Below, one piece after another: positions 39,749 through 55,812 of a stretch of DNA of 64,000 nt (positions are counted from its first letter, which is position 1; the number at the start of each line of letters is the position of its first letter). A program made the position numbers and the translations under genes. The DNA is from Octopus vulgaris (Eukaryota). The notes beneath the pieces were generated by a model. It was not told the DNA's origin, searched no databases, and saw only the letters and a list, made by a program, of their open reading frames with translations. Location of the stretch: NCBI GenBank assembly GCA_951406725.2, contig OX597824.1:39122001-39186000 (forward strand), read 5' to 3'.

Positions 39749-40446
39749 GTGTGTGTGTATACATATATATATACACATACATACACAGGGACTCACGCAT
39801 GCACACACATACACTGACACGCATACACATACGCATATATATATACATACATGTGCGCACACTCTTGAACTTCTTCCCACTCTCTCTCTCTCCTTCTCCC
39901 CAACACCTATGTTAACATACATAAATCTGTTCAGTTTCATCCATTAATTCATTTATACATTCATATTTACGTTTATATGTATACACACTTCAATAAGATT
40001 ACACTTATTAAATCAATTATTCAGATATTTAATATCGCAACTCTGGAGGTAATTTTTTTAGATGCTAATTACCATGTTGTATTAAATTGAATAATCAATA
40101 TATTGAATGGTTAATTATTGGAATATAAAGAAGCTTTTCTCCAGAACGGAGAAAGAAGTGAATGTTTCACGAGAGGATCCGTCAAGACTTTTGTTTCTAT
40201 TTGTTTTATAGACGTAATATTATCATACGAAAAAAAAGGTAATATCATCAGGAACATTTCGCCGTAGCGAGAAATTCCGTACCTCCAATCATATTTCCTA
40301 CTGACTTTTATGTACGTTGATTTCTGTGCAATATGGAAGTCAATGGAAGATAAGTTTCAAGTAACGGTTTTCAAAGTTAGAACGGAACATAGCAATATCG
40401 CAACGTAGGGCCGCTTCTTATATTGATAGATAGATAGATAGATAGC

Positions 40447-40494
<48 letters not shown>

Positions 40495-40501
40495 GAGATA
40501 T

Positions 40502-40536
<35 letters not shown>

Positions 40537-40649
40537 CATAAGCATAGAGATATACATACAAATCTATATTTGTGTGTATGTCTGTGTATTCCTGTGCCAC
40601 TATATGTATATACGTGTGTATACAAGTGTATATACATGTGCTTATCAGT

Positions 40650-40681
<32 letters not shown>

Positions 40682-40682
40682 G

Positions 40683-40760
<78 letters not shown>

Positions 40761-40761
<1 letters not shown>

Positions 40762-41911
40762 GGGGTTGGGCACAATAATGGAAACACCTTAAAATTTCAA
40801 ACAAATTTATTTTAACAGGTGGTAGGACCACCTTTGGCAGTAATTACACCTTGAATTCTACGAGGTATGGACTTGAACAAAGTTTGAATTGTTTCCAAAG
40901 AAATGTTTGTCCATTCTTCAGCTAAAACAGTCTCTAGTTCTTGTAGTGATGATGGTGGGGCATATCGACTTCTGACTTGTTTTTCTAAAATGCATCATAA
41001 ATGTTCAATAATATTGAGATCTAGGGGCTATAGTGGCCAGATAAGACTGCGTTTCCCTCTGGAAACAGTTCTGAAACCATAGGATGAATTTGATCAGATA
41101 AAATGCTTAAAGGGAAACCATTGGACCGGCGGATTTCCAAGATATAATCCCACCCCTGACCCCCATCAGATCATCACTGATCCTCCTGCACGTTTAACAG
41201 TTGGAAGAGGGCAGTCTGGGTCAAATGCTTCTTTTGGCTGTCTCCACACGTATATTCGGCAGGTGGTCGGAAATAAAGTAAAGGATGACTCGTCTGAGAA
41301 AATAACATTCTTCCATTGCTCCAGGGACCAATTCTGTAGGTTTTTACAACGCTTTGCAACGTTTAGTTTTGAGAATAGTGGTTTTCTGATTGCAACCCTC
41401 CCGTGAAATCTGACTTTCTGCAGCTCTCAGCGAAACTGGGTTCTCGAGATGGTCAATAGGCCCTACAATAATTTTGGGAGCTGTACTTTTGTGATCCTTT
41501 CTAACAATTCACGTAGGAGTCCGACGGTCCTTATCTGAAAGTTTTAGTTTTCTTCCGGAGTTTTGTTTCGACGAGGAGGTTTTTCTCTTTTTCTCAAAGG
41601 CTGTCAGTACTTTCGAGAGATTATTTCTTGATACACCAAACATTTCGGCTGTTTTCGTTACGCTAGTGCCTGCCATACGAGCACCAACAATTTGGCCTCT
41701 TCGAATGTCCGATCGATCTGTCATTTTAATGAATTTTAATTACCTTTTTGTAATGTATCTCAAAAGAAACAGCAATTTTAGCAAAACATTAAGCAACACT
41801 AATAATAAATCAAACATACATAAAAATAAACTAGCTTTTGATGGTTTTATTGATATTTCATAATTATGATGCTATGATGCTAGGTGTTTCCATTATTTTG
41901 TCCAACCCTTG
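40761..41911 (-). mobile_element. Tc1-family transposon, internally deleted/decayed
   Basis: TIRs aggggttgggcacaataatggaaacacct / aggtgtttccattattttgtccaaccctt; transposase N-terminus MTD.SD..RGQIVGARMAG.SVTKTA..FGVSR; FSDES and SLDLNIIEHL motifs. Confidence 0.9.
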
Positions 41912-42057
41912 AGTCGAACCAGGGGCAGCTGATGAAGGGGAATATTCCTTGTATTGTTTGTCTTGTACTCTGTTTTTTCGTTGTTAAAAAAAGTCCGTTT
42001 CCTTGTATGATTTTATGTTTTCGTTTCTCGTTGTGTTCTTTGTGGTGTCTTGTACTC

Positions 42058-42096
<39 letters not shown>

Positions 42097-42223
42097 TGTA
42101 TATATACATATAGATGTAGGTATGTACATATATGTATGTATGTATGCATATGTTTAATTTGTTAAATTGTTATTATATAATTGAACGCCTCGCGTCACTT
42201 TCTTATTTCTCCAAGTAAATTTT

Positions 42224-42275
<52 letters not shown>

Positions 42276-42363
42276 ATGTGTGTGTGTGTGTGTAGGTGCA
42301 TCTATATCTATCTATCTATCCATATATATATGTGTGTTTGTGCGCGCGCGCATTTGTGTATAG

Positions 42364-42504
42364 AAGGTAAGAAAAGTAGCACACCAGTTGATATATATAA
42401 GGAAAATAAGACAAGGTAGAAAATGCTAAAACAATTTTATCATAAAGTACATTCACTTCATGATAAAATTATTTTAGCATTTTCTACCTTGTCTTATTTA
42501 CCTT

Positions 42505-42505
<1 letters not shown>
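42364..42505. repeat. Short foldback of an interspersed repeat
   Basis: aataagacaaggtagaaaatgctaaaa / ttttagcattttctaccttgtcttatt; related sequence at ~8700-8790. Confidence 0.7.
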
Positions 42506-42587
<82 letters not shown>

Positions 42588-42589
42588 CA

Positions 42590-43250
42590 ACTCTGTCGTA
42601 TCTTCTCTCTGTACCTGTTCTACCTTCTACCGCTAATGCAAAGGCCTTTGTAACTTGGATCAGGCTAGTTTCGTGGTGACCGCGCCTCAGGTACTCTCGA
42701 GTCTCTTGTCTCTCCTCCTCTCATTACCCATTTTATGTCTAACCCTCCAGGCCTACACCAAAATCTCACCCCCAAACACCGCCTAATATTGGCCCTCTAA
42801 AATTCCATCAATGCGTTTGTCTTCCCTGTGGTCCAACCCTTGCAACACTTTAAGCAGTGGATCTGTGAAAGTCATTATACTGTCCCTTCCTCCAGACATA
42901 TCTAATGGAAAGAGAAAACCCTGCATACAACAAACAGCCTTAGATCTATTTAGCACCAAATCCCTTACCAACAGACTCCAAACTTTAATCCACGAACATG
43001 CTATGTCACCTCATTCTGTACTTTGGGCTGATCGATCACGTTTCACACAATCCACGGCCTACTCAATTCATTCGTTTTTTTTTTACCCATTGTATATGCC
43101 CTATAGTATGTTCATTTTCCGCACTCGGCCTAACCCCGAGGTGCAGTCCGTCGCACTAAAGCGTTGACCCATTGGAATCTATTTCCTATCCGAGTTTATC
43201 TTTCAACCACCAAATTTCAACTGTTTAAGAAGAATGTCGACCAATCAGAA
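42590..43250 (+). pseudogene. CR1/Jockey-like LINE 3' end fragments
   Basis: FYR*CKGLC; IQQTALDL...LTNRLQTLIH; WNLFP.RVY.....QLFKKNV. Confidence 0.6.
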
Positions 43251-43972
43251 ATGAGTCCTCCCACCTCTCCCTCTCTTTCTTCACCCTCACTCACTTACTC
43301 CTCTCTTATTCTCTCTGTCTCCCTTTCACTATTACTCTTTTATTTCAAGTCGTCTATTCATTCTCTCAATTTTTTGATGCCACCCACACTTAGATTTCTT
43401 TGACTTAGATTTCGCATTAAACAACTAAAACTTGCGGTTTACACCGTAAAATTTGACAATACTCTTTTAACATATGAAAGAAAGAACTGTCATTCATATG
43501 AAAGAGAATCTTATACTATCTTTATATACATTTATTTAAACATTCTATCATTCTCTTAATAATTCTATAATTCGAAATATGTTTATTAAATTTTGATTTC
43601 TATTTTTTAAATTTCCTACCAGTTTTACTTTTTTCTGTTATGTTGGTTTTGTTTCGTTAATTTCAAGAACTTTTTCAAGAAAAGATTGTTACATTATCCT
43701 AGAGAAAGAGAATGGCGTTGAATATAATCATCAATTAAGTCATTTCTTCATACTTTCATTCTATTAATGAGGCATTCTCTATCCTGGTATAATTATTGCT
43801 TCTCATGTCGCTCATTCTTTCTGTTCCGTTCATTTTATTCCGGTTTGCCTTTTCTTTCACTTCATTGCTGTTACCTTTCTAAAATATTTTTTTACTTTTG
43901 ATTAATTTGTAGGTGACTTGTACGATGAATGAAATTAAGGAGCGCGAAATTTTTGTATTATACAAATATAAC

Positions 43973-44015
<43 letters not shown>

Positions 44016-44074
44016 GCGCACACACACACACACACACGCGCGCACGCACACACACACGCACACGCACGCGCGTC

Positions 44075-45260
44075 TACACTTTTTCGCCACGCAGAACTCG
44101 TTCTCGCATTTAACTGCTTCACGTTCGTGGGCGAGGTCTTCCAGCAGGTATCTTGGATTTCCACAGAAACGAAAATGGGTCCCAACGTCGCCAATTCATT
44201 TGTTGGTTATGTAGAGGCACAAATGTTCTCACCGCTCTTCGGTCCGACCTCGGATCTATGCGGTCGGTATATAGAATGATGGTATTGGCGCTTCCTCCCT
44301 TTCCCGTGAACAACTGACTCACTTCATCTCCTTCCTTTCTACTTTTCCTCTTTCCCTTCAGTTCACCTCTGTCATTTCCGACATTTCAGTCCAACTTTTT
44401 GGACATATCTCTCCCTATCGATCCCCTCACCCACTCTCTCAGCACTTCTGCGTTATTCAAACCTACAGACTCCCACCTCTACTTCAACTTTTCCTCCTCC
44501 CATCTCTCCCACACCAAATGAGTCATTCATACTCTGAATTCCTCCGTCTCTAATGTCAGTGCAACTGCGTGCAAGATTTTGAAACTCAAAACATGTCTCA
44601 ATACTTGGCCCTTCTGTTCACCCGGCGCAGATACCCCTCCACGTTTATCCATATCACCTCTACTCGTGCCCTCAAAGTTGGTCGCATTTCACCCTTCTCT
44701 CCCTCATCACGACAGTCTTCCAACCGCATCCTCTTTACCCTCTTTTCCAGTTCCCCATCGTACCCCTTCCTCGGAAAAACCTACGGGTTATCCATCGTCT
44801 CCAATCTGATTCTACCACCCTTCCTGTTTTCTCCAACCCACCATTCCCTTCCTTCAAATGCGCGCATAACCTATACGTCTTACTAGTCCATAGCAAATCT
44901 TGAATCCCAGTGACCACACTTGTTCGTTTATCACCAACACCGCTTCCCTCACTGAAACCAACCAACACATTATTCACATCCAGGACCCTTTCCCTTATAT
45001 CTCTTCTAACATCATCTGCTGCCAGAAAGATACCCTTTGCGACTCATATGTTGAACAGCCTGGCCGTCATCTAGCCGACTGATTAACAAAACATTCACAA
45101 GATATCTTCCTCCAAAACATACTCTTGTTGTCCGTTACTTTTGCTCAACGAAATCACTCCACAGAAACCCATACTATCTTCGACCTAGCCTTACACCATG
45201 GATACACCAGCAGTAGACCACCAAAAACAGCGCGATATTTTCTCACTGAAAACTCATACA
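44075..45260 (+). pseudogene. Penelope-like element RT + GIY-YIG pseudogene (Neptune-like)
   Basis: AELVLAFNCF.F.GE.FQQVS.....KMGP..AN.FVGYVE...RYI(DD); FLDI; KPTDSH.Y.NFSSSH; SSNII.C...LC..YV.Q.GR.LAD. Confidence 0.88.
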
Positions 45261-45696
45261 CTCCTTATAACAGCTTCCACCATCATTTCACAAACACATA
45301 TGTGTTCATATGTGTACCCAACAGCACCCATGCACTCACACACACGTCACCTTGCCTATCCGTCCACCACTAAATCTTACTACCTGTTCGCTTCAATCCT
45401 TCACACACATCACTTTCACAAACACAAACACACACAGATACTATCGCGCGCACACACACATACACATATTGGTCACTTTTACAGTCTTGTGCCTTAAAAC
45501 CACCACTTTCTCTATTTATCTTCCCTTCCGGTCTGTTATTTTTCATACATGTAATAACACAGATGCTTTTCTCGGCCTATCCTTCTCATTTTCTCTTTTC
45601 GACAGAGAGCTATGATCGAAACGTCACACCTCCTCCTTTTCCATCTAAAACTTTCTATAAGCGTCATTTTTTTCTCTCCTTGTTTTTTCCTGTGTA

Positions 45697-45734
45697 TCTT
45701 TCTGTCGAAGAGCGTAGGCTCGAAACGTAAAAGA
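45697..45734 (+). ncRNA. Minimal PLE-type hammerhead, A6 mutated
   Basis: tcttt-CTGTCGA-A-gagc gtag gctc-GAAAC GTA-aaaga; a more decayed copy lies at ~45598-45628. Confidence 0.65.
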
Positions 45735-46750
45735 CTTTTTCTATTCCTGAGCGCTATACTAATACATTTGTTTGTTTGTACTCCACCTGCCTTTGTCTTT
45801 TGTTTATTTTCGTAAACTTTCCCTTTATATATATATATATATATATAGTATGTATTTCATCCGCCCTTTCACATTTTACTTTTGATAAGTTTTGTCTTCG
45901 TCTTCCAGTGTTTCCAACGACAACTACCAACCTTACCAAGCAGGTTTGGTAGGATTGCCAGATTAGTCACCGATAGTCTGACCACCCCATAGGTTGGGCG
46001 GATGAACTCAGTAAGGTCAACGGGCATCGCACAACCGGGAGAGATGAACCCTTAGACTTTATTTAGACATCTATCTAGGAATGGTAGCCTCTGAACCGGT
46101 GAATTCATTTACATCCAACAGTGCGAAATAGTTCTTTGTTTTGGGGGAAATGCATACGTTGTTTGTGCGTTGCACAAGGCCTTTCTTCACTGTAAAATGC
46201 TTCAGCTATGGCACCGCTTGGTTATTTTTAACATCTCTTATACGTTGACTACAATGGCTGGTTGTAGCCAAGAAAAGCAAATTACTCAATGAAAAATTCC
46301 TGTATGTAATGAAGGCTTGCATTAGCGTAGGTGGTTAGTTGTCTGAAAGCCTGCTGCAACAGGTGTGTATTGTTCCTACATGTGGGGAAAATTTTGCAGG
46401 TGCATGGCAGGATCGAAAATTCGCATCGGTGTTATTCATGGTTCAGGGAACAATGAAGCGATGTCATCGCTCGATATCGAATTGCAGCCTTCGTATATGT
46501 ATTAGGCATTTGTATGTATGAATGCATGTATGTATGTATGCGTGTATGGATGCATTGCGCGCGTGTGTGTGTGTGTGAATTTCCTTTACAATTTGAAGAA
46601 TTTAGAAAATAATGAACAACAAGGAGAGTTTATTGGAAAAGAAGAAAATAGAAAAGTGTCATTGAAGACACCAGAACACTTCCACGTGGGCTGCATTGGT
46701 TGTACAAAACATATCCTGACGAGGCTTGCGTAAATTGAATACTCTGTATG

Positions 46751-46883
<133 letters not shown>

Positions 46884-47094
46884 TTGTTCATCTGAGGAAC
46901 AGATTTTCTTTTTAGGTATAATATATTGAAACCACTATATATTATAGTTTAATGTTTTTTATAAGTCGATAACGTATCTGTGTATTAGACCATTATATAT
47001 TTTTGGACAAAAAATTCCGAGATTCATTGTTATACACGTTTCCACACAATCCCAGAGCCCATTTTTGGAATGAGGTTTAATTCTGGCTTCTGTG

Positions 47095-47148
<54 letters not shown>

Positions 47149-48140
47149 ATAATTTAATACAAACATTCCCGACAGAATATGAGCATTAGAGCCTTAGCGT
47201 TGTTCGTTATCTGATTTTTCAACGTACATCCTCTCGGAAAGCAATAATAAAAACTATGGACGGTGGTCGTTTTTGACAAAATTAAACAAATTTTGGGGAA
47301 AAAGCAGAAAAAAAATAAAACAGCAAAGATCCTTCACTAACGAAGATTTTGCGTGTTTTGTTGCATTTTCTTGTTGTTGTTGTTGGTGTTGGTGTTCTTA
47401 TTGATGATGATGATGATGATTACGATGATGATTTTATATTATTGATATTATTTATATTAACGCTAATGATGATGATGATAAGATCTTGACGACGACGATG
47501 ATGATTAATTAAGAGCAAATCAACTATGTTTTCGTAGATGTTTGTTGAAAAAATATCTAAAAGACAACTAAAGGAAGACAAAGGCATTTCTACATGACGA
47601 CATAATAAAAACAGAAATACCCACAAGAAGTCATCTGAAAATAATATTCGCTCTTCGTCTGATGTTGTGAACAAGATTTTATCAATATATTGTGAATTGA
47701 TATTGTTCATTTTTGTCTATCTTATAATATTTAGAAAACAAAATGGCAACTAAGCGAGTCTACTCTCTTGGTATGCTACATTTATGAAACTAACACGGTT
47801 TCCGTTTCTGGTTAATGCATTTATTTTACTAAGGTTTAACACACAAATCTACTCACTAGTTTAAAGTAGCTTGCGTTCTGCGAATCAGTTTCGTTTTCAA
47901 TGAAATGTTTATTATTTAATCAACAACAAGCTGTTAACATAAACATTCCTATAACTCATTCAGTCGCAAGAAAATCCGTAGAGAGTAGTCCTATGAATAA
48001 GACAATTGACCACAGAGAATCCCAACTTCCTGAAAGCTCTTCTAAGTATTCCAAACACTACACGTGGGGGTGGGGTGAAGTAGATGCAAAAGTTTGCATG
48101 AGAATAAGTAACTAATGCAGAAAAGAAATTAAGTGGCATA

Positions 48141-48305
48141 GGCACAGGAAAGGCTATGTGGTAAGAAGCTTGCTTCCCAACCAGGGATTCTGAGTTCAGT
48201 CCCGCTGCGTGGAACCTTGGGCAGGTGTTTTCTCTTATAACCTCGGGCTGACCAAAACCTTGTTAGTGGATTTGGTTGACGGAAACCGAGAGAAGTCCGA
48301 CGTAT
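48141..48305 (+). mobile_element. SINE family C
   Basis: tgtggtaagaagcttgcttcccaacc...gttcagtccc...gacggaaac. Confidence 0.8.
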
Positions 48306-48678
48306 ATATATTTATATATATATATGTATATTTATATATATATATATTAGAGATAATAAGAGACAGAGACCCTGTGTGTAATGTAAGTTTCAAAATAAAA
48401 GCAACTTTCGAGATATTTACAATCAAAAACAAAATTAGTTTCTTCAATATATTTTTTGAAAGGCACAATTCATCATATAAAATATATAATATATAAATAC
48501 AGAAAAAAATATATATAAATATAAAATACATATCCGTATGAGATCCCCTGAAATTGTAAATCCGTTCCAAAACATAAAAAGCTTAAAGGTTATATGTACA
48601 CGGTCAATGCATTGCAAAATCGAAAATATTAGGATGTACGGGTAGCTAAAAAAATCATGCATATCCTACGGCCGTTTC

Positions 48679-49510
<832 letters not shown>

Positions 49511-49624
49511 GTGGGGAAAACGCAAAGTCGACCACGGCGGAATTTGAATTCAGAACGTTAAGATGGACGAAATCCCACTAAACATTTTGTCCGCTAAGTA
49601 TATATTATGAATAATAATAAATTC

Positions 49625-50170
49625 CCTTAGGCAGTAGCTCTCAAGGTCTCTGATCTTAACTGATTGGAAGTTCTATCATGTACATGTTTTGACTTAGTAT
49701 AAAGGATGGGCTACAACAAATATTCTGCTCAAGACCACATATTTGTTTGTCAGTTGCTTGAACTTCACAAATTGAGCATATCACTTAGTGGCTGACGATA
49801 TGTGCATCTTTGATTAAGAACAGAAATAGTGGGGAAGCATCATAGCCATATATTCAAAGGAATTCTTTGGGATTTCAATAATTCATTTCTGGAAACATGA
49901 GTGTTACATTCATCATCCTTAAACAAACCTTGTTCAGGGACCTTTTGAACAGGATAGGATACTCGATCTCAAGGAAAATTCTAACTGGGCCCCAGCTGCA
50001 AGGTCATATGCTGTTTATCTTGATATGAGATCACCATGTCGCGAAAATATCGATTTGATGCATGTGCCTAGTGTACCCTTATCAGGCGGGTAGTCATGAT
50101 GAGTATATTGCGCTTCATATATTTCTACTCCAGTATCACTTTGATGACATGCATTGCTCTCTCACTCAAT
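49625..50170 (+). mobile_element. ~550-bp interspersed repeat ending ...ctctcactc(AAT)n
   Basis: Further copies at 50525-50810, 55185-55230 and 55260-55680, always beside (AAT)n/(ATT)n. Confidence 0.75.
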
Positions 50171-50171
50171 G

Positions 50172-50249
<78 letters not shown>

Positions 50250-50346
50250 GTAATGGTTTCAGATTTTCCTACCAGGGCAGCCATTTTATGGGGAGGGGAC
50301 TAGTCGATTACATTGACTCCAATATGTAACTGGCAATTTACCGACC

Positions 50347-50400
<54 letters not shown>

Positions 50401-50461
50401 ATAATAATAATAATAATAATAATGATAATAATAATAATAATCATTATTATTATTATTATTG

Positions 50462-50520
<59 letters not shown>

Positions 50521-51514
50521 ATAAATGCCCCGATGCAGTACCAGACAGTGGCTCTCATGGCTTCTGATTTAAATGATTGGAAGTGTTATCATGTACATTG
50601 TTTTGTCTTGGTATAAAAGATGAGCTACAGCAAATATTCTGCTCAATACCACAGATTTGCTTGTCAGTTGTTTGACCTTAACCAGTTGAGCATGTCCCTT
50701 AGCGGCTGACTATATGTACATCTCTGATCCCGAGCAGAAGTAGTTGGGGAGCATCATAGCCGTGTGTTGAAAGGAATTCTTAGAGGTTTGGATAATTCAC
50801 CATTAGAAACAATGCACTCAACTGGCAAAAATGAGTAGTACCAGCATTTCAAACAGCCAGCCTTGGCACACTCTGTGTCACGCTGAATCTCTCTGAGAAT
50901 TATGTCAAGGTTACACGTGTCTGTGGAGTGCTCAGCCACTTATACGTTAATTTCAGGAGCGGGCTGATCCATTCATCGTATCCACCGGAACCCTTATCGT
51001 CGTAACCGACGAAGTCCTGCTTTTATTACAACAGCAATTCAGCAAGCAGTGTAGAATCTATGATCCACGATGAACTTTTAACAAAAGCGAAATCAATCCG
51101 CAATTGTTTTCTGTGCTTGCCAAAATGATATTAATCAATGGGTGACGCTAATATTTTACATCACCTCATAACTATTTTTTGCTATCCTTTCAATTCCCAA
51201 AGTATTAAATGTTTCTAGTATAACCATATTCATCTTGCGTATATTGATTCTACAAAAATTAGCTTTGTAAAACAGGAACAAGCGAGGTGCTTCTACGCAA
51301 ACACTTGACCTGTTAGATACACTAGTCAACTTTTTACTGATAACACAACTGAAGGTTACCAATTTTAGAGTGGCTGGACTTAGCTGATTGCACTGCCATC
51401 GGTATATGACTGGTACTATTTAATCGATTCAAAAAAAAAAAATTACACAGCGGCATTATTTAAATTCAGAAACTAAATCCGGAAGAAATGCAGCTAAGTA
51501 TTTTGTCTGGTATA

Positions 51515-54500
51515 CTAATCTGGTATGAATACGTAGAATTCGTAGGGCAGACTATCCAAACCGGGCGATCTGCGACTTGTGCAATAGCTCATCACCTTCC
51601 AAATTTCAGTGGCTGTTACCGGCCTTTCACATAACCTCGCGTCAGGTGCGGAGAGCCTCGGCAAGCCGTCCAGGTACGAATTATAGTCTAGTACCGTCGT
51701 TGACCAATCGCCCGCCCCAAAGAACTGCACGAAGTGCTGCTAAAAAGCCGCACACATCTGCTCAGGGTCGCGCAGCACGTGTCCATCTCGATCCGTCAAA
51801 GACCTACTCATGGTTTTGTTTCCACGTCGCGTCTCCAGCCTTCGGGTTCATTGGACAGCTTTAGTTTATTTCTGGTTCAGCCTTTGCTCTAACAACGCAA
51901 CCTTCGTATTTCGCTTCGAAGAAACGATCAAAGGTCATTCTCGCCGCTAACACATCGGTTGCAATGCCCTTTTTAATCGCGTTTTCTAATTTGCAAAATT
52001 TTTGACCCTATTATCTTTTCCTTTCTATTGCTAACCCTTTGCTAAACGCTATCGATTGTGCTCTAATCGCCTTCTTTAAGGCGGCCCACCACCGGTTGTT
52101 AACGCTTTCCCCGTCAACTGCCGCTTAACTAGTTCACTAGTTCGGTCCCTGTAGTCTTTGCGCGCCGAAAAGGATGCGTTTAACTTCCAGTAATCGGGTC
52201 CCTGTCTACGTGTCATAACTAACTCGACTGTGCAGATCACAAACTTGTGGCCTGTGTAGCCGACCAATTTAAATTGTGGACGACCTACACTATCCCTATC
52301 CTTTGACCTAACAAAGATACGATGTGGATGACTCATCATGGTTGCTCCATATCCATACTGGCACATCAAGAAAATCCAGTCGATACTTATCAGACAATCA
52401 GGTGTCTCTGAGTAGATTTTCGAGGATTTTGTATCCCCTTCTTCTGTGTACTAGTCCCACACATTCCTTCCGTGCGTCCAAAATCCCATTCTAATCCCCT
52501 CCTAGTACTAAAATGTGAGACGTTTGCAGGAATGTTTTAGACGCCTGAAGAATTCTGGCCTTCCAGTTTAAGGGCGTCACATTCGCTATCATTCAAATCT
52601 AGGATCACCAACCTGCCGCCTGAGTCCAAGAAGATTGCCTTTACTTCGAGATCTAAGGATTTCGGGATAGCATTGCTACCCCGCCGCCCGTTCCCGACAG
52701 ATCACATGAATATCTCATAGTCATCGAAAATGGGCTCTAATGTTCGCGCATTAGAAGTCCTTGTCTCGCAAATTGCAGCCACATCTAAATCGATCGACCT
52801 GAGGTCGTTTAGCAAGTGACCTTGCTTCCAAGCTGACTCCAGGCCACATGCATTCATACACCCCACTCTGAAAACGACCATGTTTATCGGAGGAACAAAA
52901 TAGAAGAATGGTCGGCTGATTCAGCTGCTTCATCAGACACATTATCATTAATGAAGGGTCTTCCTAAAGTCCTCTTATCCGGCTTTCGCCTAAAGGCCCA
53001 ATGTCTTTTGGGTATACACTTTTTAAGTTCTAGGTAAGTGTTTGTATCCGTTCTTATCAGCTGTCTGTCATGGGGAGTTTTCAACAGAAGTTCGTCGAAC
53101 CATATTCCTTTTGTATGAATACTTATGTTTTTCTCTACTTCCTGCATCACCTCGCTGTTGCTCTTGCGAACGACTGTGAAGTTGGTGAGGCGTTCGGATT
53201 CTCTAGTAAGTTGTACGAGTTGTTCTTGTTATTGTTGTTTCTCTTCGTGTGTTTCTGTTTTGGAACTTTTCTTAGTTGTGGTTGTGGTTGAATGAGTGTG
53301 CATTGCTTTTACTGCTGGGATTTGGGTGAGTGTGTCTGTGTTGTTAGTGTAGTTGTTGGATTAAGCGAATTGTCCTGGCTTTTCACTTCGGACGGCCTTT
53401 TTTGGAACTATTTTTCCGCTTTTCCCAATACAAATTCTTCTTGGGGTATTCAATTCATTCTCGTCGCATGATAAACCTGCTGAATCGCCTGTGTTAAGAG
53501 TACATGGTGTATCTATGTCGCCCGCCTATAGGGATGGTCGAGTGTTGCTTGTTTCCACCGCTACAGTTGTTGGTGCCATTGTGGTGGTGGGATTCTGCTG
53601 TTAAAGATGTTGCTTTAATGGCTGTTGCTGCATTGATTGTCAATGCAGCTTGTGACATTCTTGTGGTGATGGTGGTAACAGTGCCTCCGTTTCTCGAACT
53701 TCATTTTGTTGTTGTGGGCAAAAGACCTTCAAGTGGGCATTAGATCCTCAAGTGTAGCACCTTGGATTTCTGTCCCCGTTGGGCAGTTCAATAAGGTGAG
53801 GGACTTTGTCTAGGGATTCCGGTCTTACCTGGATCAAAATCTCCAATCTGATTCCGGACCGTACTCCTTCCGTTATTTTTTAATTTCTAGAAGCGAATCC
53901 GGGCCATTGACCACAGCGCACGCAACCAACCACCAAATGTCTAATTCTGGTGGCACATCTGATATTTTAACTTTCACCACCCCCGCCCAAGGTATGTTGG
54001 AAGGAGAAGAAGATCCTCGTGTCTGCACTGGACTGTTGAGTGTTTTGGGGCCAGTGCTTCTGTGGGGAACCTCGCTTCCACAGGACCATATTGTTTCCCT
54101 CGTGTGAGGAAATCAATATCGGTCTAAATGCCCTTTAAGCATTTTTCTAGTTGGATGTGTGGCGCATTGAAGATTTTCTTCATCGTTAGCGACACACATC
54201 TGTATACGATGGTCCTTCTGGTGGTCTTCTCCATCAAATTTGAAGGGATAGCAAGCTTGGTTTTCCTATTCCCTCTATTGAAGAGTTTTCTGCTTCACTG
54301 AGATACACATGTTTTGCTTTCAGGGAGATTTGCTGCAGCAATTTTGTTACTCCTGCAAAGGAGTTATTTTTATTGTTATTGTTGGTGTTAATTATACCGT
54401 CTTTTCTGCTGGTGTTGTTCCTGTCATTATTGGTGTTGGTCGGAGCCAAAGTGACGCTATTGTTTATGGTGATGTTCATATCGTTGATCGAAGTAGCCAA

Positions 54501-54935
54501 GCCCCTCGCTAACGGAAATCATTTATATCGCAGCTGTACTGCTTATTTGTCTCTCCCGTCAAAGCATTACTGTGGCTGTTGCTGCTGCTGCTGCTGCTGT
54601 TGTTCATGCTGATACAGTTACTTTTGTTGTAGTTACTATTGTTCGTAGTGGTAGTGGCAGAGGTGAATATGGCGGTGGTGTCGGAGTTGTTGTTTGTCAT
54701 TGGGATGGTCATCCTGTTTTCCCTGCTGGCTTGTCTAGTAGTCACGCCAACAGGCGAAGAACTGTCACCCTCTCATTTTTGTACCAAAACACTCCTGTCT
54801 CTGAAAGTCCCTCAAAAACTAAGACATTGAGCAAAATCCTAAATTTTTCCACGTGGAATAAAAAATAGAATAAATTTGATAAGTCCTCTAAGAAATAGGA
54901 GAACTTAAAAAAGGAACTCACCAGCAGAAGAAGCA
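51515..54935 (-). mobile_element. Decayed L1/Tx1-like LINE (5' region, ORF1 remnant, endonuclease to just before RT)
   Basis: GPDYWKLNAS; GHKFV; LPRLS...A..CE.PVT..EI..VM......SPGLDSLPYEFY; zinc-knuckle-like remnant at ~53720-53760; 5' boundary approximate. Confidence 0.8.
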
Positions 54936-55068
54936 TCCCCTACTTTCCACCCTGGTCGAAATGACAAGAAAGCACCATTTTCCGGACAGAACCAACGAAA
55001 ACAAAATACGGAGCGGAGGTCAAGTGTGGTTTCCTCGGCTGACGGCCATGATGATGATGATGATGATG

Positions 55069-55174
<106 letters not shown>

Positions 55175-55259
55175 TAATAATAATTTTACCCCAGTGTCAC
55201 TTTGATGGCATGAACTGCTCTCTCACTCAATAATAATAATAATAATAATAATAATGATA

Positions 55260-55680
55260 TTGATTTGCTTGTCAGTTGTTTGAGCTTAACCAGTTGAGCA
55301 TGTCCCTTAGTGGCTGACGATATGTGCATCTCTGATCATGAGCAATAGTGGGAGGGCATCATAACGTGTGTTGAAAGGAATTCTTGGAGGTTTGGATAAT
55401 TCACCTTTGGAAACATGGGTGGTTCGTTCAACATCCTTAAACAACCTTTATTCAGGGACCTTTTGAGCGGGATGGGCTACTCGACCTGAAGAAAATTCTA
55501 ACTGGGCCCCACCTGCAATGCCATGCGCTGTTTATCTTGATATGAGATCACCTTATCGCGCACATATGGTTTTGATGCATGTGTCTAGTGTACCCTTATC
55601 AGGCGGGTAGTCATAATGTGTATACTGGGCTTCGTATTTACCCCAGTGTCACTTTGATGGCATGCACTGCTCTTTCACTC
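55260..55680 (+). mobile_element. Copy of the (AAT)n-terminated repeat
   Basis: Aligns by eye with 49740-50170. Confidence 0.8.
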
Positions 55681-55684
55681 ATTC

Positions 55685-55735
<51 letters not shown>

Positions 55736-55739
55736 CATA

Positions 55740-55812
<73 letters not shown>

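Noticed and set aside
47150-47900. Possible host exon or UTR (ORF 47420-47710 on minus)
   Set aside because: Low-complexity translation with no recognisable domain or supported splice structure; cannot be excluded without RNA-seq
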